A stretch of DNA of 64,000 bases, taken from IMG/VR virus record IMGVR_UViG_3300017778_003242, positions 15,284 to 79,283 of that record. One strand, given 5' to 3'. A program made the translations under genes and the position numbers. Positions 30,039 to 38,897 of this stretch are shown in pieces; the first letter of the stretch is position 1; every line of letters begins with the position of its first letter. The notes beneath the pieces are model-generated. The model was given only the letters and a program-made list of their open reading frames with translations, had not been told where the DNA came from and did no database searches. Source of the stretch: a virus (taxonomy: Duplodnaviria; Heunggongvirae; Uroviricota; Caudoviricetes).

Positions 30039-31472
30039 TTATCCTCGCTGTCGTCCGGCGCGACGTGAAGCCCTCCGCAGGTAATAACGGAGTTCGTCGC
30101 CGATGTGATCCTCGCTCTTTGTATCAACATCATCCGGGTCTTTCAAGTCTCGCGGAAGCGTTGGGACCAAATCAATGAAGTGTGTGCATGTACTAAAGAT
30201 GAACAATCCGGGGCGTTCACGTGTTCCGTGTTCGCCCGGAATTGAGTTCAGAAATCGCTCGCGCGCGACTTGCCAGCCCATCTTCCGGCTGTTCGGACCC
30301 TTGTCCGCCATGTCGAATCGGAGATGGAACGGGTCGGCCCGGAGCGTATCGTAAATCGATCGCCCGTGGCTCTTGTCGAAGATGTTCACGTCAGCCGGGC
30401 CAGCCGTCACGCGACCGCGGACACCGGCCTCTTCCTCGCACGCGACCATGCACTTAGCGATCTCCAGAGGCGTGAGGTTCAGGCCCTCATCCTCTTGGCC
30501 GCTGGTAGAGTACCACTCGCCGATCCGGAAGCTATCGCCGGGCACGAGGCCACGGTATATGCCCGGCCCAACCTCGACGCAGTCGCCATTACTTTCCGCC
30601 CATAGGCCATACGATCCGGGCTTGGCACCGCCCCAGTCGTACGCGCGCCGGATCGTCCACGTGTTGGGGATATAGAAGGGCTTGACGACGTGGACGCCAG
30701 CGTTCCAGATGTCATCGAACATGCCGCCCGACACAGCATCCCAGTCACCGAACAGCCACGCCTTCAGCTTCTCTTGGTTGCCCGCCGCCGACTGCTTAAG
30801 CGTCTGCACATACCGCGGATCAGTCCGCAGTAGTATCTTGTTTTCAATAAGAAATCCGGGAATAGCGAGGCGGGGAGGGGACATCATCCCATCCTCTTCC
30901 CGCTCCTGCCAGACCTTGTACCGATGGCTGGGGAGCTTGAACCGGCGCTTGACCCAGTTCTTGCCGACGCCGTACGGGTTCGTGGTGGACCGAATGATGC
31001 GAGGCATGTTAATCGGACCGGCAGAACGGTTGCACGAGAACATGCTGAGATAGCCCTTGTTCGTGGGCCACGTCGTCAACTCTTCCCATCCGATGAAAGG
31101 CAATTCCTGACCGTGCCACGACCAATAGTCGTTCTCGTCAAAGAAGTGCGCGAAGGTCAGCATCTCGCCGCCGGGCCAGACCCACGTCTTCTCGGTCTTG
31201 TTATAGACCGCGTCCGGATAGATGCGCCCGAATTCGCGCTTCGACTTTTCGATGATGTCGTCAAGGTCGCCGCTCTCGCGACGGAAGATCACGCCGCGCC
31301 AGTGCGAGCCATACCCCTTGCCGGTGTGCTGGGCGAACGCGAACAACATCGACCACGTCTTGCCGGGGCCGCGCTCGCCTTCGAACAGGACTTCCTTGAT
31401 CTTGCTCGACTGAAGGAACAGCGTTTGTGAGCCCGGTTGGGGCATCACAGCATCAGCTACCATTACGGACAT
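30039..31472 (-). CDS. terminase large subunit
   Basis: FEGERGPGKTW Walker A region. C-terminal nuclease-domain acidic residues. 477 aa. Confidence 0.8.
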   Translation of the reverse strand: MSVMVADAVMPQPGSQTLFLQSSKIKEVLFEGERGPGKTWSMLFAFAQHTGKGYGSHWRGVIFRRESGDLDDIIEKSKREFGRIYPDAVYNKTEKTWVWPGGEMLTFAHFFDENDYWSWHGQELPFIGWEELTTWPTNKGYLSMFSCNRSAGPINMPRIIRSTTNPYGVGKNWVKRRFKLPSHRYKVWQEREEDGMMSPPRLAIPGFLIENKILLRTDPRYVQTLKQSAAGNQEKLKAWLFGDWDAVSGGMFDDIWNAGVHVVKPFYIPNTWTIRRAYDWGGAKPGSYGLWAESNGDCVEVGPGIYRGLVPGDSFRIGEWYSTSGQEDEGLNLTPLEIAKCMVACEEEAGVRGRVTAGPADVNIFDKSHGRSIYDTLRADPFHLRFDMADKGPNSRKMGWQVARERFLNSIPGEHGTRERPGLFIFSTCTHFIDLVPTLPRDLKDPDDVDTKSEDHIGDELRYYLRRASRRAGRQRG

Positions 31473-32098
31473 CAGGTCAGCCCCGCGAGATCGTCTTCCT
31501 CTTCATGGACCTCATGGAACTCCGCGTCAATAGGGGGAGTGCGGCCAGCCGCGTCGATGCGGTCCATCATGCCTTGCAGGCCTTCCGACTGGATAAGCCG
31601 GGTCTTGTCCGCCTGCGCGGCGAGAAGCTTCTCAAACTGGTCAGCCATGACTTCCTCCGGCAGATAGAGGGTCGTGCGGTTGTCCACCTTGACTTGTATT
31701 TGGTCACCGTACAGGTCAGGCCGGATGCGCTCCGCGAACTTCTTCAGCAGCGAATCGCTTTGGCTTTCCTCGTAGATGTACCGCGTGTCCCCGGTGTCGA
31801 GATCGATGTACGTCAGGGGCTTGCCCTCGAACATCTTGGGCACGCGGTTCTCGCCCATGCTTCGGGCATAGATGCGTTCCTCAACGACCGAGAAGCCGAC
31901 TTGCATGGCCCATTCGATCATCTCATTGAGCTGGGGGTCCGCCTTGCGGGCGAACGCCAGCGCTACCGGATGGATGCACGCGCGCTTGCACGCCCTGATC
32001 TCAACAGGTTCCTCACCCAGCGCTAGGAGTAGCGTGGGCAGTTTGTCCATCGTGAACTTCAGTTGTTCAGGGACGGGAAGATCAGGCAGGGTCATCAT
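31472..32098 (-). CDS. putative terminase small subunit
   Basis: 208 aa acidic protein directly upstream of the large terminase. Its stop and the next start share a base. Assigned from position only. Confidence 0.35.
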   Translation of the reverse strand: MMTLPDLPVPEQLKFTMDKLPTLLLALGEEPVEIRACKRACIHPVALAFARKADPQLNEMIEWAMQVGFSVVEERIYARSMGENRVPKMFEGKPLTYIDLDTGDTRYIYEESQSDSLLKKFAERIRPDLYGDQIQVKVDNRTTLYLPEEVMADQFEKLLAAQADKTRLIQSEGLQGMMDRIDAAGRTPPIDAEFHEVHEEEDDLAGLT

Positions 32099-32133
32099 GC
32101 GCCATTCAACATGGCACAGTGATTAACGCCTGT

Positions 32134-32622
32134 CTAGTCCAGACCCCAGTCCTTGTTCTTACCCTTGAGCAAATCACGGGTCAGAGGGTCATCAGCCGAA
32201 GCACGTGAAACGCGATCAGCGGGCTTGTCCTCGTTGCCGGGAGAGTATGCAGAGTAGGGCGTAAGGGTGCCAAACCCGTGCATGAGCTTGTTGTCCTTCA
32301 GGACCGCGTACCAAGCTTCAGCCGTCTTGAGCTGGACTTCCTTGATATCGTGGTTGTCCTTCCAGAGTTCGTTCTGGCGCTGGGCAAGCATCGCCGATGA
32401 GATCATCAGCACGCGTTTGATCGCCGTCTCGCTCCCAAGAGATTTGAGATTGAAACGCTGGATCGAGCCGCGCCCCTTCAGGGCGTTGCTGTCCACTTTC
32501 AGGACAAGGCTTGTCCTGTCCTGACTGATGGCGATCGCGACGTGAGTGTCCTTGGACTTAGGCCGAAGGAACTTCCGGCGCATCGAGTTGGGCATCGCCC
32601 GTTTCGCGTCGAAGTATCTCAT
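32134..32622 (-). CDS. hypothetical protein
   Basis: 162 aa. AAGGAAGCGGAAG SD before ATG 32622. Confidence 0.45.
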   Translation of the reverse strand: MRYFDAKRAMPNSMRRKFLRPKSKDTHVAIAISQDRTSLVLKVDSNALKGRGSIQRFNLKSLGSETAIKRVLMISSAMLAQRQNELWKDNHDIKEVQLKTAEAWYAVLKDNKLMHGFGTLTPYSAYSPGNEDKPADRVSRASADDPLTRDLLKGKNKDWGLD

Positions 32623-32923
32623 AGTCTTCCGCTTCCTTCAGGGCTTTCACGCGACCGGCGAGGGCGGCGTTGATGTGATCGAACGGAGGCGAACGGAGCT
32701 TCCGAACATGGTCGAGCAAGATGTACCCGGTTTCCTGATGGAAGACAAGGTCCACCGGAGTATCGTGAAAATACCAGATCGCCGGGCTTGGATTGACATA
32801 CGGCTTGGCCGCATGATCCCTGAAACGATCAGCGAGCGGGCGCGAGTTCTGCGCCAGTATCATCCCCGCCATGAGCGGGGCGCACGCTTCCCGAATCATG
32901 TGGTGCGTCTGGAAGGGCATCAT
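32558..32923 (-). CDS. hypothetical protein
   Basis: 121 aa. ATGA-coupled to thyX. Its 3' end overlaps the next gene by 65 nt. Confidence 0.4.
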   Translation of the reverse strand: MMPFQTHHMIREACAPLMAGMILAQNSRPLADRFRDHAAKPYVNPSPAIWYFHDTPVDLVFHQETGYILLDHVRKLRSPPFDHINAALAGRVKALKEAEDYEILRRETGDAQLDAPEVPSA

Positions 32924-33768
32924 AGTTCACCTCGTTGTTCCATCTGGTTGCGCAGCGATTGCCAACCGACAAAGTTTGCATAGCGACCGTACTTGCCGAG
33001 CGCATTCACGCCATGCGCCATGGCCTGATGCTCGATAGGAGAGGCGTGGGCAGGCTTCATGACGATGAGCCTGTCATAGAGCGCCACGTCCTCGTCCACT
33101 GTGCTGGGCTTGCCCTCGTGCGTCATATAGCTGACGCGGGCGCAGCGGGCCGCGCTGATCTTCTGCTTGATCACGTCGCTGTATTCCTGTTCGCTCGCGC
33201 GCACGTACGGCAGGCGCCATTGGCCGGGCTCAAGGAAGTTGATGCGATCGTACCAGTACGTGTCGGTCATGGCTTCGCGCATCTTCACCGCGAGCGCCCT
33301 GATCTCAGGCTGTGCTTCCTTGTGGTCGCGGAGCTGGAAGAAGTTGTCCCACTCGGTCGCCGTCACGATGACGCTGATGTGGGCGTACGGTTCGAGCAAG
33401 CGGTTCGCCGCCTGCTTGTGGAGGCCGAGCGCCACCAACTTCTCGACGTGCCCAATGGCATCTTCCATGGACGCGCGCCATTCGAGCTTCGCCAGCTTGA
33501 TCTCTTCGGGCGTCAGCTCGACATCCGCCTGCATACCCGACTGGTTGCGGCCCCAGTGTACGAGCATCGCCGGGTCCATGCGGATGTCCTCGATCATCTT
33601 CTTGACCGGGATCGCGCGCGACGACGATGCGTTGCGCGAGAAGACGCGATGCGTCATGAACTCCGCATGGATCAACCGCGGGTAGCGGAGCTGTAGCGTC
33701 CATATGGGCGGGGCTCCGTTCGGCTCTTTGAGCTGCGAACAGAGAATTACTTTTGCAGAGATGGTCAA
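32920..33768 (-). CDS. thyX: flavin-dependent thymidylate synthase ThyX
   Basis: FMTHRVFSRNASSSRA matches the ThyX (R)HRx7S signature with Thr replacing the first Arg. DNFFQLRDHKEAQPEIR matches the ThyX HFxxLRxxxxAQxEIR region. Confidence 0.75.
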   Translation of the reverse strand: MTISAKVILCSQLKEPNGAPPIWTLQLRYPRLIHAEFMTHRVFSRNASSSRAIPVKKMIEDIRMDPAMLVHWGRNQSGMQADVELTPEEIKLAKLEWRASMEDAIGHVEKLVALGLHKQAANRLLEPYAHISVIVTATEWDNFFQLRDHKEAQPEIRALAVKMREAMTDTYWYDRINFLEPGQWRLPYVRASEQEYSDVIKQKISAARCARVSYMTHEGKPSTVDEDVALYDRLIVMKPAHASPIEHQAMAHGVNALGKYGRYANFVGWQSLRNQMEQRGEL

Positions 33769-34733
33769 TGTAGTAGCTTCCTTGCTGCATCCGCCCGGTC
33801 TTGCGCGAGCGGATCACTTTCAATTTGATATGTTTTTATGATCGTGCCCAACTCTGGGTTGCCCCTCTTATGAGGTTTCACCCACACTTCCCGGCCAGAC
33901 TTGAGTCTGCGAAGATGGCGACGAACTTCGTGCTGCCGAACTTCTCTGTGCCCTTCCTGTATAGAGCCATCTTCCTCCAGAATGATCCGGGCCGCGTTCG
34001 GTTGGATACGCACGACCAGAGGTTCGTACGAGGGCTTGCTGTCACCATTCACAAACACACGTCCAGCGCGGTACGACTTCGGAAGAACGATCGTCTCGCG
34101 TTCGACGTTCATAAGGGCCAAGTATGCCAGATAAACGCGAGCGCTTCCGGGCTGGTGCATGACCATCAGATCATTGTCCTGAAGGACTTCCAAGATCGGC
34201 ATGAGCTTTGGGTACTCAGGATAATCTGAAGCACCCATGTGATAGTCGCGAAAGTCTTTGAGCGAACGAATTGTCGCTCCACCCATCCCCAAAGTCGCGA
34301 GATCGTTTGTCGGGAGGTTTCGGAAATAGTCGTCCGCTTCTTTCTCAAGCTGTTCAATGCCTTCTGGTTCGGACCAAAAGAAACACAGTGGGCTGAAAGT
34401 CACGTTCGTTCCGAGACGTTTGACTTTATCCTTGGGCAGCTCGCGAATGCACAGCGACATCTTGTCGATGTGAATCCACCCCGGACGACACTTGTGCAGG
34501 CTTCGGTTGTTTTCTATCACCTCTGGTCCGAGGATTTCCGTTTTGTACTCCAAAATAAATTGGTCAAACGGAGGCGCGAGAAGGTGATGCCAGTCTTTCA
34601 TGGGCGAGTTCGCCAACTTGAAAACCAGCGAGTCCTCTTTGCCTCCGTCTATTAGGAAGCATTGAAAACTCTCCATAGGTTGATGCCGCCGAATAATCGG
34701 TTCGGTGCCTACCAGTGTTGCAAGAGAAGCCAT
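33765..34733 (-). CDS. hypothetical protein (322 aa), co-transcribed with thyX
   Basis: ATGA overlap with thyX. Basic C-terminus. No motif recognised. Confidence 0.45.
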   Translation of the reverse strand: MASLATLVGTEPIIRRHQPMESFQCFLIDGGKEDSLVFKLANSPMKDWHHLLAPPFDQFILEYKTEILGPEVIENNRSLHKCRPGWIHIDKMSLCIRELPKDKVKRLGTNVTFSPLCFFWSEPEGIEQLEKEADDYFRNLPTNDLATLGMGGATIRSLKDFRDYHMGASDYPEYPKLMPILEVLQDNDLMVMHQPGSARVYLAYLALMNVERETIVLPKSYRAGRVFVNGDSKPSYEPLVVRIQPNAARIILEEDGSIQEGHREVRQHEVRRHLRRLKSGREVWVKPHKRGNPELGTIIKTYQIESDPLAQDRADAARKLLH

Positions 34734-35140
34734 CAGAAACTCATCTCGTACCAGTCATCCGGGCACTCGGGCCAGATGATCTTTTGATTTGCTTTCGTCA
34801 CTGCACGAACCTTGCCATCGCCGGTCAGTGCCGCGCGAATAAACTTCTCGCGATCGAACCGTCCCAGTGATCCGGCTTGCTGCCAGATGAAGACGCGCAC
34901 GATGTTGCCCCACTCCGTATATTCTTCGGAGTGCAGATAGGTGTGGTACTTGCACGCAAGCGGGATTTCCCGGCACGCGTTCTCGTGGGTGATAGGCCCA
35001 TCGTCAAGGGGCTGGGGCTCCATGAGATTGAGCTGGCTGTGCGTGTGGTCCCAGCGCTCGCCGTGGCACGGACCGCCGATCAGGTAGCCGCTGTATGGTC
35101 TATCGGATCGCATGGGACATCGCATCGGAGATGATGGCAA
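34733..35140 (-). CDS. hypothetical protein
   Basis: 135 aa Cys/His-containing ORF. Translationally coupled to the downstream gene. Confidence 0.4.
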   Translation of the reverse strand: MPSSPMRCPMRSDRPYSGYLIGGPCHGERWDHTHSQLNLMEPQPLDDGPITHENACREIPLACKYHTYLHSEEYTEWGNIVRVFIWQQAGSLGRFDREKFIRAALTGDGKVRAVTKANQKIIWPECPDDWYEMSF

Positions 35141-35249
35141 AGCTGTCGAAGCTGTCGAAGATGTTGCTGGTCTTCTGGACCAGCGCGATCGAAACCCAGA
35201 CGAGCACGATCAACGAGATGTAGAGAACGAGCTGCGCGACGTACTTCAT
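35100..35249 (-). CDS. small membrane protein (49 aa)
   Basis: MKYVAQLVLYISLIVLVWVSIALV TM. Its ATG overlaps the upstream stop. The longer R-rich 161-aa reading of this frame is judged spurious. Confidence 0.35.
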   Translation of the reverse strand: MKYVAQLVLYISLIVLVWVSIALVQKTSNIFDSFDSFAIISDAMSHAIR

Positions 35250-35458
35250 TTGCGCATGTCCACGGTCCAGCCGTCGTTCGAGTAGAAGTCGAACAGATCG
35301 TCGGGAGTGGTCGGGCCATACATCATGTAGCCCGTGTCGGACACCGCCGAAAGCTTGCGCGGTTCGCCACACGAACAGATGAGCCGATAGCGCGGCGTTT
35401 GATCCGCGTTGACCAGCCACGTGCCCGGTTTGATATCGCTGAGTTCGAGCTTCTTCAT
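35246..35458 (-). CDS. hypothetical protein (70 aa)
   Basis: GGGAGG SD 6 nt before ATG 35458. CxC pair. Confidence 0.4.
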   Translation of the reverse strand: MKKLELSDIKPGTWLVNADQTPRYRLICSCGEPRKLSAVSDTGYMMYGPTTPDDLFDFYSNDGWTVDMRK

Positions 35459-35520
35459 TTGAGCCTCCCACTTGTTTGATGGGAGCGTGCCAGAGCGGGA
35501 CTTGGGTGTCAACGGCTTGT

Positions 35521-36186
35521 TCACAATTTCCTCCGGAAAACGAACGACATGATGTCCTCGCGCCCGATGCGCGTCTCTGTGTCATCCTTCATCAGAAGTT
35601 CGAAACCCTCGCGCTTCATGAACGCCTCTATGCCAGCTTCGGTGAAGTACCAGATGTGTTCATCCGGGCGGAAGTGCTTCGACGCCAACGCGTGTTCCCG
35701 ATTGCGGAAGATCGGGATCGACATGGCGACCGACTTAGCCGACTTGATCGTCTGGTCAGGACGAAGGATGTGCTCGAACGAATCCCAGAAGCACATGCAG
35801 GACCAGTGCGGTTCATCGCCCGGTTGGTTTGGCACTGCGAACCGGCTCTCGTCCATGAGCCTTCCGATCATGACCGGGTTCACGTCGAAGCCGAAAACAT
35901 AATCCTCGTCTGTGGGTAGTTCATTGGACAACGCGCGCATGAACGCGCCATCGCCGGGGCCTATGTCGATGAAGTTCCAGATGCGCTTGCCTTGCTCTGC
36001 TTGGTCCGCCGCGTACAGGGCCAACGAGCAGCGGTGCTGGTTCAAGCGATCCGCTATTTTCGTGTTGGCCATCTCTTCGTACTTCTGGACGTACGCCGCA
36101 TTATACGGCGCGTCCGAAGGGTCACACGGGTAAAACCCGAAGCCCATGTCAGCATTCCAGAAAAGCAGATCAGACGGGGAGAGCAT
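35521..36186 (-). CDS. SAM-dependent methyltransferase (class I Rossmann)
   Basis: IWNFIDIGPGDGAFM motif I (hh(D/E)hGxGxG). 221 aa. Confidence 0.6.
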   Translation of the reverse strand: MLSPSDLLFWNADMGFGFYPCDPSDAPYNAAYVQKYEEMANTKIADRLNQHRCSLALYAADQAEQGKRIWNFIDIGPGDGAFMRALSNELPTDEDYVFGFDVNPVMIGRLMDESRFAVPNQPGDEPHWSCMCFWDSFEHILRPDQTIKSAKSVAMSIPIFRNREHALASKHFRPDEHIWYFTEAGIEAFMKREGFELLMKDDTETRIGREDIMSFVFRRKL

Positions 36187-37096
36187 GGTTCACCTTGTTA
36201 ACGAAGTCCAAGAGATGGAGCGTGAAATTCGAGATGGTTTTATCGCAGGCGCATTCCCCTGTCGAGTGCCTACAGAAATTATCTGGGATGGCGTTGACAA
36301 CTTGCGAAAGGTCCATGCGCCGGTCGAAGATGCGCTCCGGATTGTCGAGCCTTCCACGCGCGCCCCAGATCGCCAGCAGCGGACGTTTCGCCGCCACGGC
36401 CATTGGCATCGCGAAGCCGGGGCCGGACACGACGCCGGACGAATGGCGGACCAGCTCGATCATCTCCGGGAAGCTGAGTTCTCCCCGCTGATAGTTGATG
36501 TCGCAATGTGGTATAGGGCCAACGCATTCTTCGCCGTCGCCGATGCGGGCGATGCCCACCGTCAGGATGCCGGAGGCCTTGAGCAGCGCTACAGCATCAT
36601 GAATGTATCCGGGCAGGCAGTTGCGCGCCGACGTGCCGAAGCCCTCACGGACCACGACAGGGCGAATGACCACATACTTCCGACGCGAGTTGATCAGCCA
36701 TTTGATATACGAATCGACTCCCTGAAAGTCCGGAGGCGGCAGATCAAACTGGTACAGGTGGTGTACCGGAAAGGCACGCCCGATCTGTTCCGTTACATTG
36801 GCCGGATCGTTCGGATCGTATGCCATGAAGATGGGCTCCATCTGGTGCTCGTCATCAGGCTTCACACGCGGAGCGCCACGCCAGTCGCGCGTCTCGCCCC
36901 AGTCGCGGATGTTCTTCTTCACATAGGGAAGCGATGTCTGGGCGCGCACAAGGCGTATCCCGCGGATGTCCCCGAACAATTGAGGGAAGCCCGTCATCAG
37001 AGAAACCTGATAGCGCATCGCCAAGTCTTTGATGAACGGGCGCGCGTAGAGATTGTCGCCAATCCCGACCATGGCGCGGATGTATATCTTGTGCAT
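36170..37096 (-). CDS. glycosyltransferase family 9-like (heptosyltransferase fold) protein
   Basis: N-terminal IRAMVGIGDNLYARPFIKDL (GT9 GDxxxxxP motif). C-terminal VVSGPGFAMPMAVAAKRPLLAIWG resembles GT9 [22 protein letters not shown]. Confidence 0.55.
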   Translation of the reverse strand: MHKIYIRAMVGIGDNLYARPFIKDLAMRYQVSLMTGFPQLFGDIRGIRLVRAQTSLPYVKKNIRDWGETRDWRGAPRVKPDDEHQMEPIFMAYDPNDPANVTEQIGRAFPVHHLYQFDLPPPDFQGVDSYIKWLINSRRKYVVIRPVVVREGFGTSARNCLPGYIHDAVALLKASGILTVGIARIGDGEECVGPIPHCDINYQRGELSFPEMIELVRHSSGVVSGPGFAMPMAVAAKRPLLAIWGARGRLDNPERIFDRRMDLSQVVNAIPDNFCRHSTGECACDKTISNFTLHLLDFVNKVNHALPV

Positions 37097-37494
37097 CAGA
37101 AATTGATCTCGACGCTGACGAGGGCGAGATAGAAGCCCTTGTACCCGGCCCTGTTGGGGGTGATCGGTTTGATCTCGAACTCGACGATGATGTCCCGCTC
37201 ACGGAAGATCATATCCTTCGACCGATTGCGGACTTCGTTCAACTGGCATTCGCGCAGCAGTTCGTACGGCTCGTTCGTTTTGACTTCCGGGCGCTTGCGC
37301 GTGCTAATCTTCGTGGTAGTCTTGCCCGCGAGGTGGGGCGTCTTGGCGATGTATTCGTCCATCTCCGGGAATCCCTTCATGTACTCCGCGTCGATGCAGA
37401 CCATGTAGTCCTTCCTGCCGCCGTCGTCGATGTAGCTGTGCGGCTCATAGACGTGAACGAACTTGGCGAGGCCAGCGGGGACAAACATCTTCAT
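37096..37494 (-). CDS. DUF2815-family putative ssDNA-binding protein
   Basis: MKMFVPAGLAKFVHVYEPHSYIDDGGRKDY resembles the DUF2815 N-terminus. ATGA-coupled to the HNH gene. Confidence 0.45.
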   Translation of the reverse strand: MKMFVPAGLAKFVHVYEPHSYIDDGGRKDYMVCIDAEYMKGFPEMDEYIAKTPHLAGKTTTKISTRKRPEVKTNEPYELLRECQLNEVRNRSKDMIFRERDIIVEFEIKPITPNRAGYKGFYLALVSVEINF

Positions 37495-37967
37495 AGGTCG
37501 TGCTCCGGAAAGGGAATGTCCGTCAGGTATTGCAACGGACGTGCCACGGCGTCTTCCTGACAATACCGATTGCTCTTGGCCACGTTATCCCGTTCGGTAA
37601 GTATCTGAAGGTTCCATGGGACATGGAGGCCAGAGCAATCTGTCCCATTAAGAGGAATGATATGATCGACGCGGTGAAGCTCGCCCGTCTCGCGCGTGAG
37701 ATAATCGGCATCAGCGTACCTGCTTTCGATCTCTGCAATCATCGACGCAGATAGCCACCTTGGGACGCGGTTGCGCGCGGAGGCGCGTTTCATGGCATCC
37801 TTTGCTGCCCTTCCTCTTGGCCTTGCGCTCTTCGTTTCTCTGTCGCATTCGACGCAGGTTTTCGATCTCGTGTACCGCGGCGCTATGTGACCACGTGAAC
37901 AGGGTTCCGCTGTGAAATAGAGCGGAAGGCCCTTCTTCACTGCTATAGCGCGGGTTCTCTTCCTCAT
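37491..37967 (-). CDS. HNH homing-type endonuclease
   Basis: HRVDHIIPLNG...NLQILTERDNVAKSN HNH motif plus an N-terminal Cys/His zinc-finger (CSRGH...CVEC). Confidence 0.7.
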   Translation of the reverse strand: MRKRTRAIAVKKGLPLYFTAEPCSRGHIAPRYTRSKTCVECDRETKSARPRGRAAKDAMKRASARNRVPRWLSASMIAEIESRYADADYLTRETGELHRVDHIIPLNGTDCSGLHVPWNLQILTERDNVAKSNRYCQEDAVARPLQYLTDIPFPEHDL

Positions 37968-38190
37968 ACTCGATGATCTCGTTAACCAGTTCCCGACCTT
38001 GGCGCGTCAACGTCCAGCTCTCGCCTTGCCACGAACGATAGCACTTGGCCGCTCCTACGTGGAACAGGTACATAAGGCGACCGTGGGGCGGGGCAACAAG
38101 GTGATTGCGGCGTGGATAGCACTTCAGCTCGCGACCGCGAATCCAGAACAGAGCCGCGAGAGTTTCGTCGTGCAGCTCCATCCGGATCAC
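37711..38190 (-). CDS. hypothetical protein overlapping the HNH gene
   Basis: 159-aa ORF. The N-terminal 74 aa (38190-37968) are non-overlapping. The remaining 257 nt overlap the HNH ORF in another frame, so the true extent is uncertain. Confidence 0.3.
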   Translation of the reverse strand: MIRMELHDETLAALFWIRGRELKCYPRRNHLVAPPHGRLMYLFHVGAAKCYRSWQGESWTLTRQGRELVNEIIEYEEENPRYSSEEGPSALFHSGTLFTWSHSAAVHEIENLRRMRQRNEERKAKRKGSKGCHETRLRAQPRPKVAICVDDCRDRKQVR

Positions 38191-38315
38191 GTGCTGACTT
38201 TCTCAACCAGTTCTGCCCCCGCGCCAACCGCGCACGACACCGACGACAGCGTCGCCCATACGAGAAACGAGAACATGATGACCAGCACCATGCCTTTGAC
38301 GATCGCGTCCATCAT
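38187..38315 (-). CDS. small membrane protein (42 aa)
   Basis: MMDAIVKGMVLVIMFSFLVWATL TM. ATGA overlaps on both sides. Confidence 0.35.
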   Translation of the reverse strand: MMDAIVKGMVLVIMFSFLVWATLSSVSCAVGAGAELVEKVST

Positions 38316-38734
38316 GAGCACTTCCTCCACAAGACACTGGCCGAACCGTCGTGCGGTTGGCCGTTCCAATCGAACCGTTTGATATTCGCATGAAGCGTGC
38401 CATCCGGCAACACCTCATTCGCGATGATCGGGAATTCTTCCGCCGTCGTGTTGTAGATCGCGATGATCTCCCAGACGCGACCGCCGTGTGTACACCAGAG
38501 CGAGCCGATGTTGAACGCCTTGAACGCGTCCATGCCCACGACTTCTACCTGTTCGACCAGATGGCTTTTCTTGGAGAGCGATTGGAGGACGCCGTTGAGA
38601 TCGTAATTGCCGCGCTCGCCACGCTGGTTCTCACCAGTGTAGTAATACACCTTGCCTTCGATGCTGACCTCGTGAGTGATCTTGACGAGAACGCCTTGGC
38701 TGTTCTTCCAGACCTGACCGGCTTCCAGTTTCAT
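38312..38734 (-). CDS. hypothetical protein (140 aa)
   Basis: Purine-rich SD before ATG 38734. No motif. Confidence 0.4.
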   Translation of the reverse strand: MKLEAGQVWKNSQGVLVKITHEVSIEGKVYYYTGENQRGERGNYDLNGVLQSLSKKSHLVEQVEVVGMDAFKAFNIGSLWCTHGGRVWEIIAIYNTTAEEFPIIANEVLPDGTLHANIKRFDWNGQPHDGSASVLWRKCS

Positions 38735-38897
38735 CTGCGTCTCTTCTCTTTCGGTGGATCGTAACGGCGTGGATCGTCCTGCCAGCGGTAACTTCGTTCC
38801 CGCTGGCACGACGGAGGTATCTAGCTGTCTTCGACTTCGAACTCGCCTACGGCTCGTTCGAAGTCAAGCTCCCGCACGCCGTTATACTTCATAACTT

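Noticed and set aside
35100-35585. 161-aa minus-strand ORF
   Set aside because: The N-terminal 112 aa are Arg/Ser/Gly-rich and overlap the better-supported 70-aa gene. Only the C-terminal 49-aa TM ORF, with its own ATG and stop/start overlap, was kept.
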